Part shown: piece after piece, positions 62,051-64,000 of the stretch
Numbering within the stretch: position 1 is the first letter of the stretch
Layout: each line of letters starts with the position of its first letter
NCBI GenBank assembly: GCA_013265495.1
Contig: MU058636.1
Span: forward strand, 1,984,001 to 2,048,000
Reading direction: 5' to 3'
DNA length: 64,000 nucleotides
DNA from: Vicugna vicugna
Taxonomy: Eukaryota
The notes under the pieces: generated by a model
Told to the model about the DNA's origin: nothing
The model's database searches: none
What the model saw: only the letters and a program-made list of their open reading frames with translations
Translations under genes and position numbers: made by a program

Positions 62051-62190
62051 CAAGCAGATCTGATATCATTAGGAAAAGTTGTGTTGGCTTTGGCTTGCAA
62101 CTCTTTGGCAGGAATTCAGCGAGAGAATTTACAGAAAGCCATGGAACTGGTGACAATCAACTACTCCTCTGACCTGAAGAATCTCATTTT
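62051..62190 (+). CDS. PAN3: PAN3 exon 15 (140 nt, phase 0-2), pseudokinase C-lobe
   Basis: catgtcag|CAA...ATT TT|gtaagt; QADLISLGKVVLALACNSLAGIQRENLQKAMELVTINYSSDLKNLI(L). Confidence 0.97.
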
Positions 62191-62429
62191 GTAAGTTTTA
62201 ATATAATGATCATATGAGATAAGATAGAGCTTTTTCATGAGGACCTTTTATAGTGATTCTGTGTATTTTAGTTTCCACTATTTAAAATCAGGGGAAATAT
62301 AATTAAACAGCTTTTAATTTCTTTATTTTTATTGCTAAGTGTATCTTTCTTGGAATACATTCATAAACCAGTGTGTTTAAATTAGTTACTGATATTTTAA
62401 ACATTTGGCCAAAGGATGGACCCTATAAA

Positions 62430-62623
62430 GCTGCATTGGTATCTTCTAGCTACATGTGACCTTTTAAGTTTAAATGAATTAAATAAAATGTGAAAGTCAG
62501 TTCCTCAGTCACACCAGCCATATTTTAAGAGCTCAGAAGCCGCGTGTAGCTTCTGTATAATAATTGGACAGTGTGGACATGGAACATTTGGATCATCTCA
62601 GAAAGTTCCATGAGGCAGTGCTG
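62430..62623 (+). mobile_element. MER3/MER33-like hAT element
   Basis: cagttcctcagtcacaccagccatatttt...ttggacagtg...gaacattt...agaaagttcca...cagtgctg. Confidence 0.75.
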
Positions 62624-63339
62624 CTCCGGAGAGGGATCAGGTATCTTTGTGAAAGCAACCTGGCGTAAACAACCTCAGAGGCAGCCCAGCTCCAGAAAGC
62701 GTGTGTGTGAGGGGCCCCGCATTTCTCCTCCAGTAGCTTCATACTCCGGGGGATTCTTGAGTATGGGTTTGCGTGGTTTTGGCTTAAGAGAAGCCCAGTG
62801 CGGACTGCTGTCCCCACAGAAGGACTTCTCCCTGTCTAAGGTACATCTAACACTGGGGAGTTCCAGAGGATGGACAGCCATAACTCTTAACATAAGTTAC
62901 TCAAGGGAACACATGTGAGGAAGTCTCTTGTGAAATTTTTTTCTACTATGTTCTAGAAGCAATTAGAGCTTATTGATCCTTTTCAGTCTCTTTTAGCTTC
63001 CAGCTGTTCCTTCTGATCTTTCTGTGTAACCCTGGATGATCCAGTTTCTTTTTGGACTAGCCCTGTGGTATGGAATCGAGGGTTGGAGGATGGGGCTGCC
63101 CACCTGTGCTTTGTTGCACTGGCATAAGTGTCTTGCTTGTGACAGAGCCCTGGAAGCCAGTGGTTACCTGGTTCCTTTTAACAATCAAATGAGATGATTT
63201 CTCTTTTAAATGAAAATATTTGCTTCGTGTATTACCACGACAGTGATTCCTAGCGTGCCTTGCGATGCCTAGGACGTCGTAGATAATACCAAGTTACAAT
63301 TTTCCTTCTTTAAAAAAGTGAGAGTAAAGGATGTAAATG

Positions 63340-63460
63340 TAACAAATTGGCTGTACATTAATAATTACTGAAACTGGGTGATGGGTACATGGGGATTCAT
63401 CATACAGTCTCTCTACTTTTATAAATGTTTGAAATTTTCTTTAATAAAAGAATAAAAAAA
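63340..63460 (+). mobile_element. Old L1 3' terminal fragment
   Basis: ctgggtgatgggtacatggggattcatcatac...atgtttgaaattttctttaataaaa. Confidence 0.7.
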
Positions 63461-63489
63461 GTCATACTTTCATACTAACGAATAACTAA

Positions 63490-63665
63490 AATTTATAGAA
63501 CAATAAACTATGTGTCAGGCACTTTTGAAATGATTGATGCAAATTAATTCACCTAATTCTCCCAATAACTATATATATTAGGTACCATTCTTAGCTCCAT
63601 TTCAGGGATGACAAAAGTGAGGCTTGGAGATGTAAAGTACCTTGCCAAAATAACATAGCTTAAAA
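63490..63665 (-). mobile_element. MIR SINE
   Basis: actatgtgtcaggcact...ccatttcagggatgacaaaagtgaggctt...cttgccaaaataacatagct. Confidence 0.65.
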
Positions 63666-63754
63666 TGACTTTTAAGTATGAGTAGTTAGATGTAAAATAT
63701 GTCAGTAATTATAGGTGAATGGTTAAGACATAGATTATCCACATGGATTTATAA

Positions 63755-64000
63755 CATTCATTTATTCAACAAAAGAATGGCTACTGTATGCCAGATGCTG
63801 ACAGTACTTTGAATAAGATGAACAAAATTCCCCATGCTCTGAAGCTTCCACCCCAGTGAGGAGGAGCTGCTAAACATATAAGCCAGTAAGGTGTCCTATG
63901 AATAAAATAAAAGAAAGATTTCACAGAGAGTGAAAGAGTGGGAGCTGCTCTAATGAGAATGGTTAGGACATGGCTTCCCTATCAGAATAAGCAATAAAAA
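63755..64000 (-). mobile_element. LINE-2 3' end
   Basis: cattcatttattcaacaaa...tactgtatgccag...aagatgaacaaaa reverse L2 tail. Confidence 0.6.

Larger units (their letters stand above)
16685..62190 (+). other. PAN3: PAN3 gene body, partial (10 internal coding exons; 5' and 3' ends outside the window)
   Basis: Exons of 148, 248, 105, 58, 162, 117, 102, 166, 91 and 140 nt, all flanked by AG/GT, join with compatible phases into one stop-free 445-codon frame recognisable as vertebrate PAN3 (TPNPTASEFIP...DFHAGGET...LACRVMDPTKILI...DLKNLI). Confidence 0.98.

Noticed and set aside
62051..62057. Extra AGs after the exon 15 acceptor (CAG CAAG CAG)
   Set aside because: Offsets of +4 and +7 are frameshifting, so this is not a NAGNAG; no evidence of use.
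1..64000. The many 60-125 aa ORFs in the supplied track as independent genes
   Set aside because: Apart from those overlapping PAN3 exons or discussed as candidate exons, they lie in repeats or low-complexity intron, often start at non-ATG codons, and show no recognisable domain.
1..64000. CRISPR arrays, operons, rRNA, snRNA/snoRNA/miRNA genes, processed pseudogenes, U12 introns
   Set aside because: None recognised; all splice sites are U2-type GT-AG. A covariance-model search (Infernal/Rfam) would be needed to exclude small intronic RNAs.

Overview
Mammalian genomic DNA covering the middle of the PAN3 gene (PAN2-PAN3 deadenylase adaptor subunit) on the + strand. Ten consecutive GT-AG coding exons (16685-62190; 1337 nt; exons 6-15 by my recollection of human numbering) splice in frame. 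They encode the PAM2 motif, the Ser/Pro-rich linker and most of the pseudokinase domain; the gene starts before and ends after the window. The rest is intron filled with eutherian repeats (L1, L2, MIR, MaLR/ERVL LTRs, hAT MER elements). Four short tRNA-derived SINEs resemble the camelid vic-1 family, suggesting a camel/llama/alpaca genome. I see no prokaryote-type system, CRISPR array, intact transposon ORF or convincing RNA gene, and I cannot claim a new biological system. The most promising unexplained signals are: a cluster of splice sites, a small ORF and alternative hairpins at 34.8-35.3 kb in the 30-kb intron; an 83-nt cryptic poison-exon candidate at 23.3 kb; a stop-free 411-nt exon 7-9 circle bracketed by inverted repeats; in-frame alternative acceptors; a strong CTCF motif; and an L1-like insertion flanked by a 67-bp duplication. 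Repeat family names come from remembered consensus sequences and their boundaries are approximate unless a TSD is quoted.
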